Shown here: one piece after another, positions 49,923-61,192 of the stretch
How positions within the stretch are numbered: position 1 is the first letter of the stretch
Layout: every line of letters starts with the position of its first letter
Assembly (NCBI RefSeq): GCF_018350175.1
Contig: NC_058383.1
Location: 9,240,001-9,304,000 of the forward strand
Source: Felis catus
Lineage: Eukaryota
DNA length: 64,000 bases
Direction of reading: 5' to 3'
The notes under the pieces: model-generated
Databases searched by the model: none
What the model was told of the DNA's origin: nothing
What the model saw: the letters and a program-made list of their open reading frames with translations, nothing else
Program-made: the position numbers and the translations under genes

Positions 49923-51607
49923 CTGCCAGGAGGGAAAAGCTGATTACAGGCCATTCGGGTCCCTGAGCTCTGCCCCAGGCTCTAGCTTGGCCCCTCACTC
50001 AGGCCAGGGCTTCCCCAGCAGTGGCCAGGGCTTTCCTGCCTCAGTTTCCCCTGAGCTCTGGCCTTGGAGCGCCCTCTACCCCAAAAGGATCAGGCAGTCA
50101 GTGGTCACTTGCCAATTTCATGTTGGACCTTTTGTTTTTTGCTCACTTGTCTTTAGGGAAAGGGGACCCAGGCTCTGCTTGACCCGAGTAGGCGCTCAAC
50201 AATTTGTTGAATAAATGAAACTTTTAAATATAGACAACTCGCGTCAACCAAGCTAAGTAGTGGTTTCTGTGCATGGGAACGGTTGTGGATATAGCCCAGC
50301 CCTGCTGCTCTCTTCCTCACAGAATCGAAGGATTTGGTTTTTCAGGTCACTTCAAGGGAACAAGGAGGAGACCCCCCGGCCATCGCTGCCCATGCCCGTG
50401 GCCCAGCCCAGTCCCGCCGGCCCCTTCTCCTCACTCAGCTACCTCCCGCCGGCCCGGAGTTAGTTTGAAGCCAGGAAGCTGTGACCCAGAGAAAAGAAAG
50501 GAGAGTGGTTAAGGGGGCAACAGTGCCCCATGGCGTGGGGTTAATTCTGAGGAAGAAAACAGGTGTACGTTAGTGGATGGAGGAGGAGGCAGCCCGGGAG
50601 AGGGGCCGAGGTGGGTGCCAGGTGGAAGGTGCAGGGCTCCAGCCGTCTTAGGACCCTCTGCGTATGGCGATCTGGATCCCCAAGGACTTGGAAGGGCTGG
50701 TTAGAGAATCAGCCCATGTTAGAGCTGAAAAGATGCTCAGGGAGCCCTGCTTATTGTTCAGACATGAGAACCGAGCCCCAGAGAGGCACACTGATCTCCC
50801 AAGGCTGCCCAGCAAAGTCTCAGAGCTGGGTTCAGAATTTTGCCTGTAGCCCTCTACCCCATGTCAGGGGTCTAGGGCTAGCAGAGTGATTTCCACGAAC
50901 ACAGACCATAATCTCACCCGGAGGCCCAGGCCCACGCCCACCGGTCTGGGCCAAAGAAGCTTTCTGACGGGGCTTCTGTCACATCAGCCACACCCTCTGC
51001 ACAGCCCCATAGGACTGAGAGGGGCAGTGGAAGGGATGGGACCTCCCACAGCTGCCCCAGAGGGTAGGCCGCTGGTGCCCCCTCCTCCAAATTCCCCAGG
51101 GGGCTGGGAGGTGAGCAGTGAGGTTAGTGAGAAAAGGAGAGGCAGACAGATGACAGCTGAACAGAGCCAGATCAGCTCACATGGGCATCTCCCCTGCAGC
51201 CTGTGGGGAGGGGGTCCCCTCGGCCCCCAGGCCGGCCACAGGCCACTCGGCAGGCTGGACCTTGAGATGAAGGAGAAAAGGAGACATCATTGCCAGGAGA
51301 TGGATGTGGGGAGGAAGGAGAGAGGGAGGGGCTCCAGGAGGGATGGCTGGAATCTTCCGGAGCTGAACTCCATGCCTGCTGCTGCCTACCCAGACCCGAG
51401 CGCACAGCCCCCTCCCCTCCGTGGGCCTTCAGACCCCTGCCTCTGAGTCCCACCTCCCCAGCACCTCCAGTTCTGGCCCCTCTCCTCCTCCAGGGGCCTC
51501 TCCCTCCCCCCCCCCCCCCCGCCCCCGCCAGAACAACACATCTCCCGCACCGGGTTCAGTCCGTTCCCCTGGAGGTCCCCAGCGGGCCGGCCGGGGCCCC
51601 TCAGTAC

Positions 51608-51745
51608 CTGGTGATGCGCCGCGGCTCCATGAAGCTGGGCGAGTCCCGGCGCCGCTTGCGGATGGGCGAGTAGCTGCGGGAGCGGCGCCGGGCGCGGGCG
51701 GCCTCGGCCTCGGCGTGCCTCGCGCGGCCTTCGCCGTCCTTGTCC
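51608..51745 (-). CDS. SRRM3: SRRM3 penultimate coding exon (N-terminal half of eMIC)
   Basis: CAG|...AG|GTACTG, 138 nt: (R)DKDGEGRARHAEAEAARARRRSRSYSPIRKRRRDSPSFMEPRRIT(S), the SRRM3/4 signature. Confidence 0.93.
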
Positions 51746-51858
51746 CTGCGGGCCCGGCCGAGGTGAGCGACGCGGCCCGGCCCGGCCAGCCCGCCCAGGC
51801 CCGGCCCCGGCCCCGCCGCCACCCCAGCGCCCGCGGGGACCCCCGGGCCCGCACTTAC

Positions 51859-52083
51859 CGGCCCAGGGTTTTCTTGGGCGACGGCGAGCGGCTGGGGCTG
51901 CGGGTCCTCTTCTCTGCGGAGCGCGAGCGGGACTTGGAGGGCGAGCGGCTGGAGCTCCACGAGCGCGGGTGGGGGCCCGGGCTGCGCGACGAGCTCTTCC
52001 CCTCCGGGCCGCCGTGCCTGCCGTGCGCGCCCGGGGACGGGGAGGTGCTGGCCGGCCGAGCGCGCGGGGGCCGCTCCTTGGTC
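51859..52083 (-). CDS. SRRM3: SRRM3 internal coding exon
   Basis: CAG|...CG|GTAAGT, 225 nt, phase 2-2: (R)TKERPPRARPASTSPSPG...SPSPKKTLG(R). Confidence 0.9.
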
Positions 52084-52948
52084 CTGGAGGAGAGGCACGG
52101 CGACAGGGGCTTAGCTAGGGAGAAAGTGGGCTGGGGGTGGGGGTGGGGGGTTGAAGAGGGTGCGGGTGACAGGGAGGGGGCTCAGCTAAGGACAAAGTGG
52201 GCTCAGGGGAGGGAAAGGGATTCAGTAGGGGGAGGAGTTCTATGCAGGAGAGAAGGGTTAGTGAGCTGGAAGAGGTGATGCGTGAGTTGGTGGCGCGGGG
52301 GAAGGTTGCCTGAGCAGGGAAAGGGCTGGGATAGGGGCGTGGGGAGTGAAATCAGTGTGGAAGAGTGTGTTCCCTGGTGTGGAGGGAGAGTGATCGGTGG
52401 GGGCGAGCAAGTGAGGGAGGAGAGAGAGCTCCCTGATGGGAGGAGAATCCTGGGTGTGGGGCGGGGCGGGGGGGGGGGGAACTCTGTTGGGTAGGAGAGT
52501 GATCAGTGTGGGGAAGGGAGGGCTCCGTGTGTGAGGAGAGAGCGATCAGTGAGGGGGGTACCTCAGTGAGTGGGGAAGGAGAATGGGAGGCAGTTTGCAG
52601 AGAGGGAGAATTGCAGAGTGGAAGGGAGTTTGCACCGTGGGTGGGGGGAGTGATCACAGAAGGGGGAGCTTAATGAGAAGGAGGGAGAGCGGTCAGTGTG
52701 GGGAGAACAGTCGGTGGGTGGGGGGTAAGGGGTCTTTGGGAGCAGGGAGAGTGGTCAGAGGGGCCGGTGGGGGGGGGGGCTGTTCCGAGGGGTGGGGGAG
52801 AGGGGTCGGTGGAGAGGGGAAGCTGTTCTGTGGGGAGGGAGGGGCGAGAGCGTGGGGAAGGGTGCTCCGCGGGGATGGACGGGACCGGTGGGGGCAGGTG
52901 TTCCGCGGGGGCGGGGCAGCGCTCGGGGCGGGGAGGGGAGCCGCTCAC

Positions 52949-53316
52949 CGTTTCCCGTGCGCGCCGTGGCCTCGCTCGGAGCCGGGCTCGGGCCCGGGGC
53001 CGGGGGCGCCGCCACCGCCGCCGTCGCCGGAGTCGCTGCTGGAGCGGGCCCTGCTGAGCGAGCGCGACGAACCCCGGGGCGGCGCGGGCCGGGCGCGCCG
53101 GCGGCCCCTGCGGCGGGGCGCGGACGCCGAGGACCGGGAGCGCCGCCGCCGCCGTCGCCGCCGCCGCCGCCTGGCCGTCCCGCCCGCCGCGCGGCCTCCT
53201 CTGCCCTGGGACGACGGAGCCGAGCGCGGGCTCGGGCTCTCCTTGCCCCGCGCGGGCGGCGTGGCTGCGCCGGCCTCCGCCTGGTCGCGGGCCCTGGGCG
53301 AGGGCGAGCTGGGCTT
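52949..53316 (-). CDS. SRRM3: SRRM3 internal coding exon (poly-Arg)
   Basis: CAG|AAGCCCAGC...CG|GTGAGC, 368 nt, phase 0-2: KPSSPSPRAR...RRRRRRRRRRRSRSS...GK(R). Confidence 0.9.
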
Positions 53317-56300
53317 CTGACGGGGAGAGAGGCAGAGAGGGCACGGAGGGGGGTGGAGGGGACGGGGGCGCAGACAGAGACGGGGCGGAAGAGATGCCCG
53401 CAGAGACAGAGGAAACCGAGGAGGTCGAGAGAGTCCAGAGCAGAGAGAGAGGCGGAGGAGAAGGAGGCGAAGGAGCAGGGGAAGTTAGAGAAGCAGAGAG
53501 AAAAGGCGGAGACGAGGGGGAGAGAGAGCAGAGGAGAGACAGAGAGAGGACAGGCAAAGAGAAGGAGCGAGGTCGAGGGTGAGAGAGCGGGCGGGTGGGG
53601 TGGGGGGGGGGAGAGAAGGAGAGGGGGCTTTCACCGGGCCCAGGCCGGGGGCTGCCAGTCCCGGAGCATCGCACACACGGTTCCCCGCGCCTGCCCTGCC
53701 TCTGCCTCTCCTGAGTGTCCACCTTCTGGCCTCAACAGTGCAGCTCATGCAAGGTTCTCGGCATGCAAAACACAAGAGGGACGGAGCGGTGGGGGGAGGG
53801 GGGCTGAAACGGAGGGGGCTCCAGGACGGGCACGGGGGCTGGCATTGCCCCCCGATGGGACGGACGATCCCGGCAGAGAGTAGAGAGAGGGCGGGCACCG
53901 GGAGGCCGGGCCGGGGCCAGCCCCCCAGGCCAGGCCCCCCCCAGCGCGTGGGGGGTGGGTGAGGGGATGGAAGGGGCACACGGCACACAGATGGGGGTGG
54001 GGGCGGGGCGGGACAACTGAACTCAAAACTGAACCGAAGAAAGGGAGGAAAAACAGAAATAAAAAACAAAATCCACAAATGTCATTAGATACCAAAATCA
54101 AAAACAATGTCTGAACTCCTGGGGAACTGACATTTTTTCTGTTAACATTTTTTCTTTCTTTGTTTTCCGGCCCTGCAGAGACCTGTGGAACTGTCAGTAA
54201 CACCCGACTGTCTTTCTGTTTCTCTCTTTTCTTTTCCTTTCCTTTTTTTTTTTTTAAAGTTCTGATTTTTTTTTTAAGTCCCTCTTGGTTAACGTCCACT
54301 TACCAATAAAGTGGCACTTCCTCCTTTAGTAGGTAAGGTGTGTAAGAGAAGGGAAAAGTGTGGTAGCGTAAGTTCATCATTAGATTCACAAAAATGCAAG
54401 AGAGATAGAGAGAGAGAGAAAAAAAAAACGCAACCACCCCATTCTAGGCCGAGAGGAGGCCACACCGCCTCTGGAGGAAGGACTGGCCGCGCCCGGCTCC
54501 TCGGGCCTGAGCAGGCACCTCTTGGGTGACTGCTGGATAGAGATGTCCAATGTTCTTCCAAAAGTGCAGTTAGGACACAAGGGTTGGGGTACAGAAAACC
54601 AGAAAGGGAGCCTGGTACCATCAAAAGGGCCCTAGCTGGCAACCAGGGGTCTGAGAGCCTGCCTCTGCCTCACTGAGTGACCCTGGCTAAGTCACTTCCC
54701 CACTCTGGGCCTCAGTTTCCCCATCCCCAAAAGGAGAGGGTTGGGCTCTGCTTCCTGATGTCCCTACCAGAGCAAATACTCCGGGATTCTCTGTGTACCC
54801 CTGACCACCCTCTCCATCCTCCTCCCCTCACCGAACAGACCCCTCCTCTTGTCCTCGGGTTTCCAGCTTTCTGTCTATCTGGTAACAGTTGGTTCCACCT
54901 GTCTACCCCACCCCCAACCACCAGCACCAACTTGACTTCGAAGCACCTCCGGGGCAGAAGTTTTTGGTTGGATTCAGCTCCGTAACCTCAGTTTTTATCG
55001 CAGAACTTGGCATTTAGTAGGGCCTCAATGCCGTTGCTGAAGAAGGAATCATTACAAGGGTCGGGGCCAAACCAGGTAGTACTCAAAGAGGGGCAGGGTC
55101 TGGGCCAAGCTTTTTTGGCAGGCTCCTGGGATGGGAGAACAAAACCAGCTACCTACCACCCCTCAGGGCACCTTGCTGCCAGAGACTGAAAGGAACGTGG
55201 TTTCCTTGGCATGGCCTATGCTTCCTGCAGGAGGCGGGGTGGTGCCCAGGCCCTTCCGTGCAAGCCTGGATCCAGCCAGGGCTTGGAGGCAGAGCCAAGA
55301 AGTCGGTCCCATGGGAGGAAAGGCACAGCCAGCTCTGACTGGTGGCTGAAGCAGCCAATGAACACTAGCCATAGCAGGTGAGAGCAGCTGTCCAGAGTCA
55401 AATGGGCCGTAAAGGCCTCCTGGGAGAGCCTGGTGTCTCCCTTTGGGGCTCAGGCAGGCATAGGTGGGCAGGGTGGATATCTGAGCACCCCAGCTCTCCT
55501 GATGACCAGCTCACCTCTCATCCTGGGCTAGGAGCCATGGCCCCTCTGAGATGGCAGCTCCAAAGTCAAGAGACATTACCAGGAGACACTTGGCTCTCCT
55601 AACACATATCCCCTGCACCCCAGCGGGTGGCCAGTGCCTACAGCTCCCAAGCCCCCAGAGGAGGCAAATGAGAAAAATCTCCAGAATCTTCACATTTCCA
55701 AGTTCTTTCCTATCTCCTGGGTTGTCTGAGAGTGGAAAGTGAACAGATCCCAGGCAGGGGAGTGGGGGCCCTGGTGGCCAAGGCATAGTACCCAAACCCA
55801 GGAAACGCTGGACCCCACCCTAAAGAAGCCTTTGCTTGCTATTCTGATGGGGGGGGGGGCGTGCAGCCAGGCAAGCGGGCAGAATAGTAAACATGGGGGT
55901 CAAGACCTGGCTGTGAACCCTGGCTCCAGCTTAGACTCTGGATCTGAGCCAGCTTCTCTGACTCCAGGAGACAGGCCAGCAGTGGGGGAAGGAGACTGAA
56001 GGCCCCAATGTTCCTTCCCACAGACACTGGGGCAGGGGGGGATCCTCTCTACTTCCCACTGTTGGGCTGGGCATGTGGTGGGATTGTTAGGAGCAAAAAG
56101 GGTCTGGGTTGGGTGGACGCCCACCTGCATCACGTTGCTGCCCGCAACCACTGAGGCCCAAACCTCTGTGCTTATCTGGAAGCTTCCTGCCTGGCGTGCC
56201 TTGAAGTCAAGTCCTCCTCCCTCTCCCCCCCTCCAAGCCAAATGCCATAGCTTAAGATGATGGTAAGTGGAAAAGTGGCACACCTGGGATCAGCCCTGAT

Positions 56301-59300
56301 AGGAGTTTGCTGTGATCGAACTCTGGGGGCCTCAGTTTCCCCATCGATAAAGTGGGGATAACTGGGGTCTTTGCTGGGGGAGGCGCCTGTATAGGAGTCG
56401 AAAGGTTCTTTTCAGAGCACAAGTGACTCACAGTCCCCTCACGGATGAACGGGGTCAGAGCAGCGCAGGAAGGTCTGGGCATGGCCACGTGCCAGGATGG
56501 CAGAGGACGGGACGAAGGCGCTGCTGGGCAGGGTGGCAGACGGCACCTTCCCTGGGGGAAGACTCCTTGGGCCAATCTCACATTCTTATCCACCCATACC
56601 TCCCTGGAGAAAGGGTCGCCATGGTCCCGCCAGAGTGAGAGCCCCCTCCTCCGCTTGGCCGGGTCTCATTTTTCCCAGGAACTGAGGGAGAAATCAGTCC
56701 AGACACCATGGGATTTCATAGCCAGACGGGACTGTTGTGGCCAGGGACCTCCAAACATCTCCTCCGGAAGCCTGCTCTTTGTGACTCCTGTTCCCTCTTC
56801 CCCTTCCCTGCCCCTCACCACCCCCTCACAGCCTGGCTAATGCCTATGGGCCCTGTGCTCAATCAAGACCACCTCCTCCAGGAAGCCTCCCCTGACCCTC
56901 ACCCTGAAACAGGTGCGTTCCTCTGTGATCCCACAGACCCTTGGGCCTTCTCTCAGTATGGACTGTGCAGGGCTGCGAGGCCTACTGTGGTGAGCAGAGT
57001 TCCCCACCTGTTGGCTCGGCTTTTCCCCTCTAATTGTTCTGAGTGACCTTTGTCAGTGCCCCAGCCTGATAGGTGGGGGCCGCAAACCAGTTCCCTCAAA
57101 CCCAGGCACGGACACCTAGCACGGGACCTGGCACCGAGGAGGGCCCAGCGGATGCTGGCTGAGTGTGTGTGTGAGTCAATGAGTCAGTGAACACAGAGGA
57201 CCTCGCCTGTCTCTGAGCCCGGCTTCCAGGCTTCCAGGAGCCCCTCTGCTCCTTTGTACCACCTGCTCTCTGATACCTTCTCTTTCGCTTACATGAGACA
57301 TGTTTGGAGGGAAAAGGCAATGGAAAAGAGTAAGGCAAAAGATGACGTGCCAGCCCCATCCCGGGAATCTTAAGGACGAGAACAGTGAGCATCCGAGATG
57401 CCCCACCCCCTCTCCCCCAGGGCTCAGCTAACTACCCCCTCTAGCTCAGCATTTGGCGATCCCGTTTCTGGGTCCCTGGTCACATCAGGTCCTCTACTCC
57501 TCCCATCGGGCTGGGACAGTCTCCCCGTGGGACCCAGAGTGATTTCTCTCTCCCTGAACAACTTCCTGTCTGCCCTCCCAACACCACTGACAGCCGAGCA
57601 ATATTCTGAGTGGGTGAGCTCCTCACAACCTGCCCCTGGGGTCAACATAGGGGAGCGGGTGGGGGGGGGAGGGGGCGAGGAGGGTGAAGAGCCGGGCTTT
57701 CTCTTTCCAGAGCTGAGGACGGAGGTCCGCTGATGCCTCACAAGGGCTGGGATGTCAAACTTCTGCAGCTACTCCCAGGTGGGACAGGAAACAGTTTAAA
57801 GAGCTGGGGTGGGCGGTGGGGTCCGAGGACCTACCCCCAACGTGGCTGGATTGGGCACTGGCCTGGGAGTCGCAAGTCTCGGGACCTAAGCTCGGTTCCG
57901 CTCCAACACCTCGGGGAACCCCGGCTCTCACTGACTATCCTTTCCGAATCATTCTGCACATTAAACTCAAATTCAGAAGATGGAACGATGCTGGGGGCAG
58001 AGGGAGACCCTGTCTGAGCTGAGTAGTGGTCCAGGCAGGGGGGAGGGTGAGCTGAGAGTCCCCTTCGTCCCCCAAATTGCCCCACTGAAACTTTACTGAG
58101 TAGGCCCTCTGAGTCCAGTGCCAGCTCGCTGGGCCCCTGAAGTTCAACGACCATTACACCCAAAAGGTGGAGCTGTGAGGTTCAGCCCTGGTGCCCCAGA
58201 GTCTGTAGGTCCTGCCTGAAAGCTCCAGCTGCCACCAGGGCAGGACCCTTGGGAGCCCAGCAGGCCCTGGAGGGTGGGGCAGGGCTCTTTCCTCAGGTTT
58301 GGCCTCAGCCAGAACTTCTTCCAGGATCTGGAGGCCAAGAGGCCAGCACACGCTCCTCCACCACTGCTTAGTGCCAAAACGGGCCCCGGGGGCTGGCAGG
58401 GGTGAGGGGTGGGGGGCTTAGCAGCTACTCCAGACAACAGAAATCAAATTGGCTCAACCGCAGCATACAGTTCAGGAGGAGAACACAAACTTGGAAATGC
58501 TAACCACACAGAAATGCATTCGGACAACAAAATGAGAAAGAGAGGGAGTGGGGGGACGGGGCTGGGAGGGGTGGGGGTGGAGGTGGGGTCGGAGAGGAAG
58601 AAGAAGGAGCAGGGAAGGTGGAAAGGAGGGGGGAAATGAACCAGAAAAGTTGTCGGGGAAAGTCAAGAAAACCAAACGACAAACCAGGAAACACAGCTTT
58701 CGTACGTAGCTCATTTGGAGAAAAAAACGCAAGTTACAAATGAGGAGTCGCTAAAAGAAAGAAAGAAAAGGGAAGGAGAGAAAAGCAACCAGAGCGAGAT
58801 CGAGAGGAAGAGAGAGAAAGAAAACCACATTCAAACCAAGCAGAGTGGCAGGGGGCTTATCTGGAGATGGGAGCGAGCGGGGCGCACAGCGGGGCCGGGA
58901 TACCTACCTTCTCAGTGGTCAGGGACAGGAATGCAATAATAAAAAAGAAAAGAAGATCTCCGCATTGGGAATGCAGAAGGTGGGGGGGGGGGGGGAAGAC
59001 GGTGACTCTAAGCTGTGCTCCCCCTTGGGAACTGGCACCTGCGTGTGCAGCCAGGGTGGCTTTCGGTCTAGTCCCAGGGGTGGGAGGGGGCTCCTGCCCA
59101 GCCATTTTGGTCTGCTTTCTTTGTTTGTTTTTTTCTTTTTGTGTTTAAACCCGCAGGCTCCAATAGCCAAGCTTTCCTTGACTCTTTAAACAACAGAAAA
59201 CCTCCAGAGGGCATGCAGGAAGCGGATGGAAGCAGAACCAGAGGGTGGGCTCAGGAGGGGCTGGCAGCAGGGGGAGAGAGGCCCATGGGGGGGGGAGAGA

Positions 59301-61113
59301 TGGAGAGAGAGACAGAGACAGAGAGATGCAGAGAGAGAGGGAAACAAAGGCAGAAGGAAACAGACAGGCAGGGGAAATAGAGAGAGGCGGGCCCAGACAG
59401 AACAAAGAGAGAGAAGCTATTACAATGAGGCAGAGTGGACAGATGGGGTGAAGGGATCAGTGCATTTAAAAGGGAAGGCAACCACAGATTCAGTTTGGAG
59501 GCCTGGTCCTGCCTCAGGTCAACTGCTTTCCCTCTCTGCTTAGGCGTCATTTTAGCAAAACCCATCCCTCCTGCCTTCTGGCTTCGGCCTGGGAGAAATG
59601 CCAAGATGCCGCTTCCTATTCTGACTGCCCCCCCCCCGCCCCCCCCAGCTGTGGTTACTGCTCTTTCCTGGGGGCAGGAGGGGGGGGCCGGGGTGGAGCG
59701 GGTCACCCTAGGCTGCCCATTTCGTGATGAAATTTGAGCCAGAGGCGGAGGCCAGAGAGAGCCTGGGGGCCTGGCCCAGGAACCTTCTGTCACTCTCACC
59801 AAATGGAGAGGCTTCCCTTGACACTTCCAATGCCAGGGACAGGTGGAGCCAAGGCAGGGGGCCCTCCTTCTAAGTCCTTAAACACCTCACACCTTTTCTG
59901 GCACTTGGGCTCAGCATCTTACTTCTCCATCGCCAAATCACGTGACCATGAGCAGCCCCCTTCCCTCTCTGCCTCACTATTTCTGTCCCCATACGTGTGT
60001 GAACTGTGAGGGCTTAGGGTTTCTGAGTCACTGAGGTGACAGTTTTATAGAGTTGGGTTTGCTTAATGCTGGGCCCACCTATTCCCTGGTCTCTGTGTGG
60101 GTGGGCCCCAGTGCCAGGGAATTGAGAGCTGGGAGTGTGCCGTGGACATCTGAAGGGGTCCCCAGGGGGAAGGCAGGAGCTGAGACAACCAGCACCCACC
60201 TCCAAGCCCTCCTCCCCTTACTCAGGGCTCCCAGAGTGTGCTTTTCCACTGGCCACTCTCTCCACTGGCTGGTGGTCTCGAGGTGAGGGGGCTGGAGTCT
60301 CCTTTTGGATCTACCTCTAAAAAGCTGTGTGACCTTGAGCCGGTCACTTGACCTCTCTGAGCTCCTGGCAGTAAATAGCTGAACCCAGAAATCCCTTTGG
60401 GGGTTTAATCCTGACCTGGGACGGGACAACAAGAGAGCCGTGGCGGGAGCCAGCACCCAGCTGGCCTTTGTCTCAAGATGAGGATTTTTGTCTTGCCTGG
60501 GAATGTCCGGCTCTGAAGCCCTCACCTGGGCTACAGGTGTGGACAGCTCCCTCCTCTAGGATCTGGGGCCTGGCACTGAAGGCCTTGTGCAGCCTGTCCC
60601 TGTCTCCCCCAGCCATCTTATACTAGAAGGAACTGGGGAGCCATAGGGTGCTCACTGCCCGTGGATGTTCCTCCGGTGACCTGGGAAATATCTCTCTTCC
60701 TCCCGTCTCCCAGCTTCCCTCCAACGTTCCTTAGAGACAGGGACACGGAAGAATGGCCTGCCCGGGGGCCACTTCTGTTCATTTAAAAGCTGAGGCATTT
60801 CCAGCACATGCCCTGGGGTTGAGGAGTTGATTGGCTGCCGCTGCAGATTTCGCAGGGGCTGCTGGCGTGGGAGTCATTTTTTAAGAGTTATCTTCCCTTT
60901 TAAATTCTGGTTACAAAGGGAAAAAGAATAAGTATAAAGACATATGTATATGGTCAATGTTCACTTGAGATTCAGGACCCATCTCTGCATTAGGAGGAGA
61001 GGCTCCCACAGTAACACGCACAAAAGCAAAATTCTAGAGCAACATAGAAGATAGAAAAAAAGAAAAAAACAACCAGAGAGATAGTTTGCATTTCTGTACA
61101 TTACCAAAGGGGG

Positions 61114-61192
61114 AAAAAAAAAAAAGAAAGAAAGAAAGAAAGAAAGAAAGAAAAAAAGAAAGAAAATACAAACAAAAACAAAACAGGAAAAA
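61114..61192. repeat. A/(AAAG)n/(AAAC)n tract (U-rich on the SRRM3 strand)
   Basis: Direct reading; no SINE body attached. Confidence 0.85.

Larger units (their letters stand above)
51520..53400. other. SRRM3: Intragenic CpG-rich blocks over SRRM3 3' exons (about 51520-52100 and 52860-53400)
   Basis: Very high CpG density, separated by a G/purine-rich low-complexity intron. Confidence 0.7.

Noticed and set aside
51601..51607. SRRM3 ending at ...RRITRY* as in the ORF track
   Set aside because: This is read-through of the AG|GTACTG donor; the conserved motif continues in the 49922 exon. Intron retention is possible but unsupported here.
51421..53883. Long ORFs (285, 245, 350, 363 aa) over SRRM3 exons
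   Set aside because: Antisense or wrong-frame shadows of extremely GC-rich SR-coding sequence; the splice-phase-consistent frame is different.
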